Shown: positions 26,510-36,460, numbered from the stretch's first letter. The stretch: 64,000 nt of DNA from a virus (IMGVR_UViG_3300022205_000001:1-64000), one strand, 5' to 3'. Numbers and translations: made by a program. Notes: a model not told the origin generated them from the letters alone.

Positions 26510-26964
26510 GAGGATATATGCCAAATTGCTGGATGTATAATAACACAGAATTCATTGATTCAACGGGGTTTTATGGCATGATCTACATGATCACCCATAT
26601 TCCTACCGGAAAAAAGTATATTGGGAGAAAATTCTTCACGAAAGCGGCTACCCGTCAAAAGAATAAGAAGAAGAAAAAGATTCGCGTGACCAGTGATTGG
26701 GAAACATACTATGGTTCAAATGCTGAATTGTTGGAAGACGTTGAACGTCTAGGAAAAGATCAATTCAAACGCGAAGTGTTACGGTTGTGTAAAACGCGAG
26801 GTGAGACCAATTACTATGAAGCCTATGAAATCATCGTTCGTGAAGCATTGCTCCGTGGTGACTACTATAATAAGTGGGTCTCACTGAAACTCCATCGCTC
26901 AACACTCGCCCACCTTCAATCATCCCATTCAACATCAGGTGTCAATGCATTAGGCATTTCATAA
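26503..26964 (+). CDS. GIY-YIG homing endonuclease
   Basis: FYGMIYMITHIPTGKKYIGRK gives GIY ... YIG spacing; opposite strand to all neighbours; Lys-rich linker. Confidence 0.7.
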   Translation: MSRGYMPNCWMYNNTEFIDSTGFYGMIYMITHIPTGKKYIGRKFFTKAATRQKNKKKKKIRVTSDWETYYGSNAELLEDVERLGKDQFKREVLRLCKTRGETNYYEAYEIIVREALLRGDYYNKWVSLKLHRSTLAHLQSSHSTSGVNALGIS

Positions 26965-27096
26965 TCTCCATCGACCCCGTCAATCTCTTCCCCGCAAAAT
27001 GGGCAATACTCCGGTGTGCTATTTGCTTCATCATACTCCAACTTGATTAGAGTTTCGCAGGATTCACATTCGCGTTTGATTTTCATAGTAGTCCTT

Positions 27097-27357
27097 TTAG
27101 AACTTTGCCATCTTAGCTAGTTCAATAAGCGCACAAACAGCATCGTGAATCTGTTTCGTGAATTCAATGGTATGGGTGTTCTCAATCGTCTTTCTGAGTG
27201 CTTCCACATCAATCATCAATGAATCAAATTCATCATACGTCAATCGTCCATCCTCTAATTCATCTTTGATTGAAGCAATCAATTCCCCAAGTCTCTTACT
27301 ATGCACATCATTAGAATGGATCAATTGTGCAACAGTCGCAAGAATGATATCGCCCAT
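27097..27357 (-). CDS. hypothetical protein
   Basis: ORF. Confidence 0.45.
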   Translation of the reverse strand: MGDIILATVAQLIHSNDVHSKRLGELIASIKDELEDGRLTYDEFDSLMIDVEALRKTIENTHTIEFTKQIHDAVCALIELAKMAKF

Positions 27358-27359
27358 GG

Positions 27360-27743
27360 TTACTTACCTCCTGCTCCCTGCTGAATCACTTCAACGGTTT
27401 CCCGCATGACTTGTAATTTCAATTTACAAAACGTCTCGGACACTGAGGACCGACCTGCAAGATCCTTCACCTGACCCCTGAATAATGTAGCAGACTCCCA
27501 CGTCTGCTCATTGTTCGGTAGGTGTCGGGAATAATGATCCAGGAATGCCGACAAGGTCACCAGCTTATCGATTGTTTCCTTGTCGCATGTCCCAAGATCG
27601 AGGACCGTAGCAATCTCTGCGATGGTCCGATACTCCGTCTCATAGTACTTAGGAGGCGAAATCACTGCACAACCAACAAGCATTGTGACCATCAACACAC
27701 CGCAGAGAAAGGTTTTCATATCTGACATACTCCCGAAGGACAT
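27360..27743 (-). CDS. lipoprotein
   Basis: signal peptide ending LVGC lipobox. Confidence 0.5.
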   Translation of the reverse strand: MSFGSMSDMKTFLCGVLMVTMLVGCAVISPPKYYETEYRTIAEIATVLDLGTCDKETIDKLVTLSAFLDHYSRHLPNNEQTWESATLFRGQVKDLAGRSSVSETFCKLKLQVMRETVEVIQQGAGGK

Positions 27744-29590
27744 TCCATCGCGCCTTCTGTTCCGGTAATGTGGGTTTCTCGGAAACGTTTCTTCGCTTCT
27801 GCTAATGGAATAGGGGTCAACGGTGGAGCTTCCACTTCACCTTTCGCATTCACATATCCACGGGTTGACTCACGATAGAATGTTGTACCCTTGAGGTATG
27901 GAAGATACTCCAACCATGCCTTTTCCATCTCCTCGATTGGATAATCGGCAGGGATATTTATCGTCTTTGAAACGGCGTTATCGACGTGTTTTTGGATAAT
28001 CCGTTGCACTTCTAAGTGGTCACGCACACTGAGTTCTTGTGACCCCACAAAATGCTCCACGCTCTTATGTTTGGTCATAAACTGTTCAAAGAGAGGATGG
28101 AACACCAATTCCATCTTCCGTTGATCCCCTTCCCAATATCGACGCTCATACGCGGGCGCAAACATCGGCTCGACGCCTGAGCTACAGTTATCACTGAGGA
28201 TGCTCACCGTTCCGGTAGGGGCTTGAGTGAGAATCATGCAGTTTCGGATGCCATGTTCCATCACCAAGGACTTGATCTTAGCAGGCATACGCTTCATGAA
28301 TCCAGACTCGACATGCTTGAGTGAATGACACAATGGGAATGGTCCCTTCTCAATCGCCAACAACACCGACGCTTCGTAAGCGGTTTTTGAAATAAAACGG
28401 TACAGCTTATCAACAAACTTATTCCCTTCTTCGGACCCATAACGATATCCCAAGAGGGCGAGGGTATCAGCAAGCGCCGTGGTGCCCAATCCAATTCGTC
28501 GTAAGTTGTCTGCTTTTGTTTTCATCTGAGGGAGTGGGTAGTTATTGATCGATAGAACATTATCAAGGAACCTGACGCCCAATCGAATAGTATCACCCAA
28601 CATGGCATAGTCAATCGCTCCATCTTTTACAAAACGAGAAAGAACAATATGACCTAAGCAGCAATTCCCGAACGGCTCAAGAGGAATTTCTCCACAGGGA
28701 TTGGTGGTGACCAGTTCCTCGATATAGGAAATGTTACTCTCACTCTCCACCAGTTCCCAATTCAAGAAGCCAGGTTCAGCAGAGTTGTAGGCATTCTTCA
28801 CGATGGTATCCCACAAGGTTCTTGCTTTGACGGTCTTTTTGTATTGTCCTTTCCAATGCAATTCAATCTCAGCATCATCTTTGATTGCCTTAATGAAGGC
28901 TTTGGTATGGCGTGAACGAACGCTCACATTGGCATGGGAAAGTTCACCCTTCACCAACTTTGCATTGAGAAATTCTTCAATGTCAGGATGTGAGAGGTCA
29001 AGACTAAACATCAACGCTACACGCCGCTGCCCACCGGCGCGGATCGGTCCTGCACAGTTATCGATCAAACGCATCAATTCAACTGCACCAGGAGCCGCGC
29101 CGCGTTGGCCATTGATTGTTGCACCACGAGGGCGGACATCGGAGAAGTCGTCCCCACAACCACCACCCATCATCGAGGTAACAATCATATTGTATGCCGA
29201 TTCTCCCCACCCCTCTTTACTATCTTTTACATTGTTCAGAACGAAACAATTGAGTAACTGTGGGTTCGGTCGACCTGAGTTATACCAAATACGACCACCA
29301 GGAACAAATAGATTACTAGAAAGAATCCCATAAAACTTATCCAAGTAGGCTTTCTGTTTTCCTGGGACTTCAGCAGATGCCACCTGGTGTGCCACACGCT
29401 CACAGGCTTCTGCCCATGTCTCTTCCGGTGTAAATGCGTAGCGATCTTTGAAAATCTTGAGTGAAAACCCAGTCGGGTTATACGTAGGTTCCTGCATGGC
29501 ATATATCCTTTTTATTTTTTGGGACTCTAAGAGCCTGTTTATGTTGTTCTGATTTTGGTTTACCCCTAAGAGACAAAGAAATCTTCTCAC
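27716..29590 (-). CDS. nrdJ: ribonucleotide reductase, class II (adenosylcobalamin-dependent) type
   Basis: TNPCGEIPL active-site motif, single ~600 aa chain with no adjacent small subunit; start is probably the internal MQEPTYN Met near 29497, since the upstream part overlaps the GIY-YIG gene. Confidence 0.75.
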   Translation of the reverse strand: MRRFLCLLGVNQNQNNINRLLESQKIKRIYAMQEPTYNPTGFSLKIFKDRYAFTPEETWAEACERVAHQVASAEVPGKQKAYLDKFYGILSSNLFVPGGRIWYNSGRPNPQLLNCFVLNNVKDSKEGWGESAYNMIVTSMMGGGCGDDFSDVRPRGATINGQRGAAPGAVELMRLIDNCAGPIRAGGQRRVALMFSLDLSHPDIEEFLNAKLVKGELSHANVSVRSRHTKAFIKAIKDDAEIELHWKGQYKKTVKARTLWDTIVKNAYNSAEPGFLNWELVESESNISYIEELVTTNPCGEIPLEPFGNCCLGHIVLSRFVKDGAIDYAMLGDTIRLGVRFLDNVLSINNYPLPQMKTKADNLRRIGLGTTALADTLALLGYRYGSEEGNKFVDKLYRFISKTAYEASVLLAIEKGPFPLCHSLKHVESGFMKRMPAKIKSLVMEHGIRNCMILTQAPTGTVSILSDNCSSGVEPMFAPAYERRYWEGDQRKMELVFHPLFEQFMTKHKSVEHFVGSQELSVRDHLEVQRIIQKHVDNAVSKTINIPADYPIEEMEKAWLEYLPYLKGTTFYRESTRGYVNAKGEVEAPPLTPIPLAEAKKRFRETHITGTEGAMECPSGVCQI

Positions 29591-30143
29591 GAGTCTCTTC
29601 TGTTCGTTTCATGCCTCTGGTATGAGCATGGAGTCTTTCAAGTTGAATTTTCTGAGCATCAGTTAGACCGTTTTGTTTTACACGCTTCATACCCTCACTT
29701 ATTGCTTTTCTTTCTTCTTCCGTTCTATTCCTCCCTTTTAGTTTCTTCCCTCTTTCTTGATACTCTTCAGGTGTCCACACATGACTTCTCAATGCTGCAA
29801 TTGCTTTTATTTTATGTTCAGGGGAAAGAGGCTTTCCCTTATTACTATTTCCCTCTCCCCCCTCTGTCATGTTGTATCCCTTATCGCGCATATTACTCTG
29901 ATACTCGGCAATGAACTTTTTCTCTAGTTCTCTTGCTTCCGCTACCGTATCACATGTTTTTAGGGAAAAACTTTTCCAGCACTCAATTCCATATTTTCTT
30001 ATTGCTTTATGAAATAAGAAATCAGAATTTCTTTTGGAGTATGCGATGTGATTGTGAAAACGCCTATCTATTGTCCATCTAGTGTATCCAATATAACTTT
30101 TTCCGTTAATTACATTGAGATGCCGGTATATCGTAAACATCAC
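29478..30143 (-). CDS. GIY-YIG homing endonuclease with NUMOD-like repeats
   Basis: IYRHLNVINGKSYIGYT, NMTEGGEG; C-terminal repeated EEhRxKIS-type (NUMOD3-like) DNA-binding motifs; sits between nrdJ and thyX. Confidence 0.7.
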   Translation of the reverse strand: MMFTIYRHLNVINGKSYIGYTRWTIDRRFHNHIAYSKRNSDFLFHKAIRKYGIECWKSFSLKTCDTVAEARELEKKFIAEYQSNMRDKGYNMTEGGEGNSNKGKPLSPEHKIKAIAALRSHVWTPEEYQERGKKLKGRNRTEEERKAISEGMKRVKQNGLTDAQKIQLERLHAHTRGMKRTEETREKISLSLRGKPKSEQHKQALRVPKNKKDICHAGTYV

Positions 30144-30898
30144 AACCCATGTTCTTTATATGCCTTCACTGCTACGGGCACAACAGGTTCAATCAATTCT
30201 AGTAATGCTTCAGCGTAGACCCGTATTTCCATCTGGGCATGTGAATGTCTACGTAATGTTAGAAATCTAAAAAGGTTCAATAAATCTACACTCGCAAACA
30301 TATGTGAATAGGTATTCAACCCCAATAAGCATCGAGCCAATTCACGAGGAACACCGGCCTCCAAGTGCTTTCGATACAACGCAAATCCTTCTTGTGAATG
30401 ACGCTGAAGATCCTCGATAAAAAAGAGATCCAATTGAGTGATTCCTGCGTTTTCAGCAAGGATTCTCATTTGTTTATTGCTACTGGATTGTACACCAACA
30501 TGTTCCGGTTTGGGGATGTAGAATTCTTCGGGGAGTTCTGAGTAGCGAGCGGAGACTTCATTATACGACCAGGTGCGGTGACGATGCCATTGACGAAATA
30601 CGAATATGGGAGCCTTCACTTCAAATGTGAAGTTCACACATTCTAATGGAGAGGTATGTCGATTCTTGATCAGGTAATTGATCAACTTAGCATCTTTGCC
30701 TGCATCTTCCCCCGTTCTCCATTCAGCATCGTAACTCACGCGAGCCGAACGCACGATAGACAAATCGTTGCCCATATGATCAACTAAACGCACCAGTCCA
30801 TGATCTAAAACACGTCTTGTGATAGGTTCCGCCATGGATGCCATATTCATTTCATTAACAATACTCATAACAATTCCTCCAGTTAAACTTTCTTCCAA
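30140..30898 (-). CDS. thyX: flavin-dependent thymidylate synthase
   Basis: ThyX signature RHRxxSxNExSxRY present as WHRHRTWSYNEVSARY. Confidence 0.85.
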   Translation of the reverse strand: MEESLTGGIVMSIVNEMNMASMAEPITRRVLDHGLVRLVDHMGNDLSIVRSARVSYDAEWRTGEDAGKDAKLINYLIKNRHTSPLECVNFTFEVKAPIFVFRQWHRHRTWSYNEVSARYSELPEEFYIPKPEHVGVQSSSNKQMRILAENAGITQLDLFFIEDLQRHSQEGFALYRKHLEAGVPRELARCLLGLNTYSHMFASVDLLNLFRFLTLRRHSHAQMEIRVYAEALLELIEPVVPVAVKAYKEHGL

Positions 30899-32013
30899 AA
30901 TGTCCAGTGAGTGCGAGCGACAATATCTTGATACGTGTGTTTATGTATAATGTCCTGTATAGCGTCTGTGGTATACCCTGCTTTGATCATGTCATTGATA
31001 TCTTTTTCTTTTATCCATTCCGGCCACACACATACTCGAAAATGCTTACGAATCGCGCGGTCCATCTGCTTTACAATCTCTTTGTTCCGCGGTTCGTTAT
31101 CATAGACCAGTGTGATAGTTGCTGCCGACAATCGTTCTGCTACCTGAATAAGGTTAGAATCCCCCGATGCTACGGCATTCCTGAGAAACAGTGAATCAAG
31201 CGGACCCTCGACCACGAGTACAGGTTTCGATTGATCCACACGATCTAACCCATAGACAAGTTTGTTTGTGTCTGTGTTTGTGCGTATCGTTATGTAGCGA
31301 AGTGTATCATGACGACCAACTAAATCTCTCCCTGTCACGGCGACCACCGCCCCGTAAGCATCATAATAGGGAATAACTAAACGGCAATCATCTTGTAAGT
31401 CTTTGCCATGATTAGGATAGATTTCATCGAGGAAGGTTTTGTAGGACGGGGTGAAATACAACTTGTGCCAGTATTCTTTTGGAACACGTCTTGCCTTCAC
31501 ATACTCAACACACAAATGCGTGTCTGGTAGATCAATAACACGTTCCGCATGTGTGTAGGAAACCGGTTCCAGCTTATCAAATCGTATTTCCCCAGGTTGA
31601 TCGAAGAATCCAGGCTTTGTAAGCAATTCCTTGATCCTGAACAACCCAGGTTTCTTTTCCTTCAAGACCTCCAACGTCCATTCTTTATGAAGATTAGGGT
31701 CCATGTGTTTCAACAAGGAGCCGAATCCCATACTAGCGTTACAATTATGGCACTTATATGCCAGGTTCTGTTTTACGCGGTAGATATACCCGCGCATCTT
31801 CGTTTTCTTGACCTCAGAATCCCCACAAATCGGGCATCTCACATTGAAGAGATAATCCGACTTGCGAGTGAATCGCTCAAATTTGTTTGAGAGTAGATTG
31901 GTATATTTCAAATCAAGGTGTAAAATTTTCAACTCCCATAAATATGTAGAGCAATTATTATACAGGATTGGAGTTGTTATGTCAAGTGATAGTCTCCACA
32001 AACACCACATCAT
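30883..32013 (-). CDS. DNA primase (T4 gp61-like)
   Basis: CPICGDS...CHNC zinc finger, VVEGPLDSL TOPRIM; the consensus promoter at 31957-31985 lies inside the ORF-track N-terminus, so the true start is downstream (below ~31945) and likely non-ATG. Confidence 0.75.
   Translation of the reverse strand: MMWCLWRLSLDITTPILYNNCSTYLWELKILHLDLKYTNLLSNKFERFTRKSDYLFNVRCPICGDSEVKKTKMRGYIYRVKQNLAYKCHNCNASMGFGSLLKHMDPNLHKEWTLEVLKEKKPGLFRIKELLTKPGFFDQPGEIRFDKLEPVSYTHAERVIDLPDTHLCVEYVKARRVPKEYWHKLYFTPSYKTFLDEIYPNHGKDLQDDCRLVIPYYDAYGAVVAVTGRDLVGRHDTLRYITIRTNTDTNKLVYGLDRVDQSKPVLVVEGPLDSLFLRNAVASGDSNLIQVAERLSAATITLVYDNEPRNKEIVKQMDRAIRKHFRVCVWPEWIKEKDINDMIKAGYTTDAIQDIIHKHTYQDIVARTHWTFWKKV
31957..31985 (-). promoter_or_regulatory. 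consensus sigma70 promoter (TTGACA-17-TATAAT) for primase
   Basis: rc: TTGACA TAACAACTCCAATCCTG TATAAT. Confidence 0.5.
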
Positions 32014-32500
32014 TCCCCTTCACGAATGGAAAATTAGAATCAATCCCACTGCTACTAGGCGTGATAAGGACTTCAATTCTCCTGATAATGTGGTTTATTT
32101 AACTCTAGACCAACATATCGAATGCCATAAATGGTTATGGGAGAACAACGCATCGGAAAAAGACAGACTGGCATATCTAGTTCTTTCTGGTTCTATTGGG
32201 ATAGAACAATTTAGAAGCGAAATTGTGCGGCTTAGTTGGAAAACACGCCCAAGAAAATATCCCCAGGAAATTCGCGCCAAAATGGGAGCAAAATTGGGAA
32301 ACCAAAATGCAAAGGGAAAAAGGTTCACTTTGGAACAACGAGAACGAGTTTCAGCTTCTAGAATGGGAAAGAAGCGTGGGCCATATAAGCAAGAAATAAA
32401 ACCTAGAAAACCAAGAATTCTTACTGAGCAACATAAGGACCGTATACGTGAATCTCTATTAGGAAAGAAACGAGGGCCCTATAAACGATCATCAAATTAA
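31979..32500 (+). CDS. HNH homing endonuclease
   Basis: HKHHIIPLHEW...NxxxLTxxQHxxxH HNH core plus basic repeats (GKKRGPYK x2); opposite strand. Confidence 0.65.
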   Translation: MSSDSLHKHHIIPLHEWKIRINPTATRRDKDFNSPDNVVYLTLDQHIECHKWLWENNASEKDRLAYLVLSGSIGIEQFRSEIVRLSWKTRPRKYPQEIRAKMGAKLGNQNAKGKRFTLEQRERVSASRMGKKRGPYKQEIKPRKPRILTEQHKDRIRESLLGKKRGPYKRSSN

Positions 32501-32997
32501 TGGGCGCCGAATAGGTTCGCCAGAGCACCCCAATTAATATGATCAATCACCCACAAGAACAAAAAGAATATCACAGTAAGGGCAAACTTCCATTTCTCTA
32601 GCTCACGGAGTTTATTCTTTACATCGGTATCTTCTTTAGACAAGTCCGACGGTAAACGGGTAAGTATACCATCTAGTCGTCTGTTAAGTTCATTCCCCAA
32701 TTCGGTAATACTGGATTGTGTTTCACGAGTAGTTGTGGTAATGCGCGAATGGAGTTCTTTGATCTCCTTTTCAATATCATCCTCGGCTTGCTTGATATCT
32801 TTATCCAAATCCTCTTGCGCTTGCTCATGGTTCTCATGTCGTTCTTCATGAACAGCGAGCATCTTGATCACAGAATTATTCATTTCCTGGATCTTGGTGA
32901 TACCTTCAGACAGTTTATCGATAAGTTTTTCGTGGTTACCGATATCCCTCTGAGCAGCTACTAATTCTTTTTGTACTTCGATAAGTGATTCAGCCAT
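32497..32997 (-). CDS. coiled-coil protein with C-terminal TM anchor
   Basis: charged heptad-like sequence, hydrophobic tail. Confidence 0.5.
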   Translation of the reverse strand: MAESLIEVQKELVAAQRDIGNHEKLIDKLSEGITKIQEMNNSVIKMLAVHEERHENHEQAQEDLDKDIKQAEDDIEKEIKELHSRITTTTRETQSSITELGNELNRRLDGILTRLPSDLSKEDTDVKNKLRELEKWKFALTVIFFLFLWVIDHINWGALANLFGAH

Positions 32998-33545
32998 TAT
33001 TTTGATTCTTTTTTAGCTAAGATTTCGTTTTTCTGAGCCGACCCAACACTTGATCCAAAATAATACCCTAAGATCATACCCACTGCGGCATCTAAGGTTC
33101 CAAGTGAACGAAGCACAAATGCTTCCATTGAATGATCAACGATGCCAGACAGTAAGAACCATTGCACATAACAATAGAGTCCAATAATAATACCAGCAAT
33201 AACTCGTGGTGTCCAAGAATCCCCTGTCTTCACTTCACGATCTCTCGCAGATGCACGATCAGCCGCCTGGATTTTTATCACATCAATATCCAAGCGTTTC
33301 ATGTCAGCAATGAATTCTTGTTCAGCTTTCTTGATCGCTAACAATTGATCTGGTGTTGCCGCAACGATTGCCGCTTCTAATTCTGTTTTCGTTGTATCGG
33401 GAGATAAACCCAACGCCCCGATTACCTTTTGTGCTGCAACTCCTGCTAATGGTCCCCCGAACGCCGATGCTGCCATAGGCGCAACTGTTGCAAGGGTAGA
33501 CATTGCTCCACTTCCAAGTTTTTCAAAGAAATCTCCGAACCCCAT
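32997..33545 (-). CDS. membrane protein (Gly/Ala-rich N-terminus, 2 C-terminal TM)
   Basis: hydrophobicity pattern. Confidence 0.5.
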   Translation of the reverse strand: MGFGDFFEKLGSGAMSTLATVAPMAASAFGGPLAGVAAQKVIGALGLSPDTTKTELEAAIVAATPDQLLAIKKAEQEFIADMKRLDIDVIKIQAADRASARDREVKTGDSWTPRVIAGIIIGLYCYVQWFLLSGIVDHSMEAFVLRSLGTLDAAVGMILGYYFGSSVGSAQKNEILAKKESK

Positions 33546-33553
33546 AGTTCACC

Positions 33554-34243
33554 TCAGGTTGTCTTACGAAATTGTGAAAATGTTTTTCGCTTGAACATTG
33601 GTGTCCTCTTCTTGCGAGGAAGCACCCCAGGCTCACCTTGTGGTCCAACACCAATTCCAGCAACGGCACCACTTCCCGCTGCATTCACAGGTGCATCTTC
33701 TATGATCATATTTGATTCGGCAAGTTCCACTGGATATGGAGGGCGCATCGGTTGAGCATCGCTCAATCCTTCATAGGATGGTGTCTGAAATGCATCGCCG
33801 GTGATGCCTGCATTTTCCAGTGAACCTTGCGCGGCGCCCACCCCTAACATATCATCCAATTCCTCTGGATCAGGTTCTACCTCAGCATCATACAATTCAG
33901 GATGTAGTTTATTGTAATCACGCATCAACATACCCGCAACCGCATTGGCTTCATACTCTAGACGATCAACATGTTCTTCATGATCACCATTGCTATGCTG
34001 GAGTTCATGAACAAGTTCATGTGCAAGAGTGCGAAGAATGTCAGCCGTGTGGCGTCCTTCGATAGCAATATTGATTACTCGACTTCCTGGATGGTAGTTT
34101 CCAAACGAGGCCGTTCCAGTTTTTGAAATGAGATTGATAGGGATGTCGTGATCGATACCAAGAGCATCGCACACAAAATGCACGAAATCTTTGTAGTAGT
34201 CGTAGATGATTGGAGTGTTATTTTCAAGTAAAAATTTACGCAT
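33554..34243 (-). CDS. putative zinc metallopeptidase (HExxH; ImmA/IrrE-like?)
   Basis: AHELVHELQH motif; acidic linker; basic C-terminus. Confidence 0.45.
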   Translation of the reverse strand: MRKFLLENNTPIIYDYYKDFVHFVCDALGIDHDIPINLISKTGTASFGNYHPGSRVINIAIEGRHTADILRTLAHELVHELQHSNGDHEEHVDRLEYEANAVAGMLMRDYNKLHPELYDAEVEPDPEELDDMLGVGAAQGSLENAGITGDAFQTPSYEGLSDAQPMRPPYPVELAESNMIIEDAPVNAAGSGAVAGIGVGPQGEPGVLPRKKRTPMFKRKTFSQFRKTT

Positions 34244-34643
34244 GATCAGAAGTCTTTATCTTTCTTAGTGCGTCTATGACCGTGGGGTCTGGAAACAATG
34301 TATTTGAATGAATCGTCTGTCCGTTGATCCCATACACATGTTCAGGCATCTTATCGAGGAATAAGAGAAACGTTTTGAGTATCGCGTAGTCCTCAGGCCT
34401 GATATGATAAAACAACAATCGTGTCGCCGCAGGAACCCCAAAAATATTATAGACGATGATCAAATGATTCAAGATCAATCGCTCTCGTAGTTCCCCATAC
34501 TGTTGATAGCGCCGAAACAACCGTCTCAGATAACTGAAATGCTTTAGATCTTCTGCCAATTCACTCTTGACATATGTGGGCTTTTCATACATCTTAATGG
34601 CATATATCATCACTGTGTCAGGAGTCAAATTCAAATTGTGCAT
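34236..34643 (-). CDS. hypothetical protein
   Basis: ORF. Confidence 0.45.
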   Translation of the reverse strand: MHNLNLTPDTVMIYAIKMYEKPTYVKSELAEDLKHFSYLRRLFRRYQQYGELRERLILNHLIIVYNIFGVPAATRLLFYHIRPEDYAILKTFLLFLDKMPEHVYGINGQTIHSNTLFPDPTVIDALRKIKTSDHA

Positions 34644-34655
34644 GTTATATTCTGA

Positions 34656-34958
34656 TTACCACCCATGTTTGGGTCCATGAGCCGCATCCATCGCACCTCG
34701 TGCTTTTACATAACTATGGAACCGAGAATGATCTGAAAGATGTTTTGAAAGATCATTGGTCTTATGATTGACCTTGTGCTCGAAAGAACCTGTTTTTACG
34801 TGAAGATGAATTTCATGTCCGGTGTGTTCGGGGTGTGTATACACATGGGTGTCATGTGTTTTGTTAGTTTTCTTCCATCCATGTTGTCGTAACTGTGCAT
34901 GGGGTGTGGTCCTCACCTTATCAGTTTTTTCACTCAAAAATTGCTTGAGAGTTTGCAT
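34656..34958 (-). CDS. histidine-rich protein
   Basis: 22 His in 100 aa (HxH / THxxH repeats). Confidence 0.45.
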   Translation of the reverse strand: MQTLKQFLSEKTDKVRTTPHAQLRQHGWKKTNKTHDTHVYTHPEHTGHEIHLHVKTGSFEHKVNHKTNDLSKHLSDHSRFHSYVKARGAMDAAHGPKHGW

Positions 34959-34977
34959 CTTCCGTTATCCTTTCTAA

Positions 34978-35361
34978 TTATTCAGACAGTAGATCGTCTA
35001 ATTCACCTTCGCTGACAATTTCGGCGAGTGCTTCATAAGGTCCATCGGACCCAGAGTATGCGAAGTACAAAAATACTGGCGCATCGTCTTCATCAGGGAG
35101 AAGTCCGACGACCAATTCTTTATCCTCTTCAGTGAATCGATCAAATGCAGGCAGTTCATAACCCGCTTGCAACAATGCATCACCCACTCGATCAAATGTC
35201 ACTGTAGGATCTGACACTGAAGATTCCACGAGGTCCGAAAGGGTATCATTGAACTCTTCGCGGACCTCAGGATCACCAAGATTGATTGCTCCTGGGGTAG
35301 CGAGCACGAGGGGGATTTGAATCTCCCCCTCGGTTGTTGTATGAACAACTTCGCTACTCAT
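34978..35361 (-). CDS. acidic protein
   Basis: ORF. Confidence 0.45.
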   Translation of the reverse strand: MSSEVVHTTTEGEIQIPLVLATPGAINLGDPEVREEFNDTLSDLVESSVSDPTVTFDRVGDALLQAGYELPAFDRFTEEDKELVVGLLPDEDDAPVFLYFAYSGSDGPYEALAEIVSEGELDDLLSE

Positions 35362-35933
35362 TATGCACCCATGATAGCATCGTCAGCACCAGCGTCGGCA
35401 GCGATGTTACCACTTGCCACGATTGTTTCATAGCTGATACGACCTGCTCGTCCACCCATGACCACAGTAAATGAAGCAGCGACCGAGTATGCCGTTGCTG
35501 CATTTGCAGTCACCGCAGTGGTGTTATAGGTGTTACCAACATAGTTGATCACCACATTGTCCACATTCCCGGTAGCATTGACATAATAGGTTGCGTTTGC
35601 ACCCACTCCACTGCCCTGGTTTCCGAATGTGATGAACCCAACTTCCGAAGGAGTGTATCCTGCTCCCCCATCAGTAACCTGAACTTCCTTTACGAAGCCA
35701 GTTCCCTGAGTGCGAAGGACCCATCCAGCATGGGTGGTGTTCGCGCCTTCCTTGACAGTGTTCGATGCTTCTGCGGCTGATACACCGAAAACTCCCAAGG
35801 CAATACCCGTCTTGAATGCACCAACTGTAACATTATCGAATAGGACATTCCCGTTAGCGGAAACGCCCAATCCGCCGGCCACAGCGAATTTTGGTGCGCC
35901 TACATTACTATCAACGGTTGACCATAGACTCAT
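35361..35933 (-). CDS. Gly/Ala/Thr/Asn-rich beta-rich protein (possibly structural)
   Basis: composition; no catalytic motif. Confidence 0.45.
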   Translation of the reverse strand: MSLWSTVDSNVGAPKFAVAGGLGVSANGNVLFDNVTVGAFKTGIALGVFGVSAAEASNTVKEGANTTHAGWVLRTQGTGFVKEVQVTDGGAGYTPSEVGFITFGNQGSGVGANATYYVNATGNVDNVVINYVGNTYNTTAVTANAATAYSVAASFTVVMGGRAGRISYETIVASGNIAADAGADDAIMGA

Positions 35934-35956
35934 GATTTCTCTCCTTTTTGGGATTG

Positions 35957-36460
35957 TTACTTTTGTTTACAATTATCAAAATGCCATCGTCTCATTGTGT
36001 TGCTTCCACCAGTTTTATTACAATGCGTACAAGTTATTTTTGTACGAGGACCACGAAGTTTTCTTAAATGTTCTTCACTAAACTTTCCTAATTTTCTCCC
36101 CCTTTTTATCAAACTAAGTTTTATTTTCGTTTCTTTTGAAACAAATTGCCCCATATGACTTATGCTAAGTTTTCTCTTTACTTCATCGGGGGTATTCATT
36201 CCTTTGTTCCAAGGAATTCTGCCGGTATTTGTAACACTCACCACTCGTGATACTGCTTCCTCTTTCCCAATTTGTCCCGAAATGGTTTCGTGGGCAATTT
36301 TATCGTATTCTGAGCCATTCATCTCCCAGAGAAAAAAATGTACTTGAGCATGTTGCTCCGTAGTCAAATTCACCAAATTATCTGGAGCATTTACTCCTTC
36401 AAGATTCCCAAACCGTTTCTTCCATTCGTGTTTAGGAATTATATGATGCCAAGCCATCAA
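35957..36460 (-). CDS. HNH homing endonuclease
   Basis: WHHIIPKHEW...NLVNLTTEQHAQVH; paralogous to 31979, 36969, 50429. Confidence 0.65.
   Translation of the reverse strand: MMAWHHIIPKHEWKKRFGNLEGVNAPDNLVNLTTEQHAQVHFFLWEMNGSEYDKIAHETISGQIGKEEAVSRVVSVTNTGRIPWNKGMNTPDEVKRKLSISHMGQFVSKETKIKLSLIKRGRKLGKFSEEHLRKLRGPRTKITCTHCNKTGGSNTMRRWHFDNCKQK

Noticed and set aside
31191-31376. Cys/Leu-repeat plus-strand ORF (VCLCLCLCVSLC) suggesting a simple-sequence repeat
   Set aside because: It is produced by a short TGTGT-rich stretch antisense to the primase coding sequence. It is not a real gene and not a significant tandem repeat.
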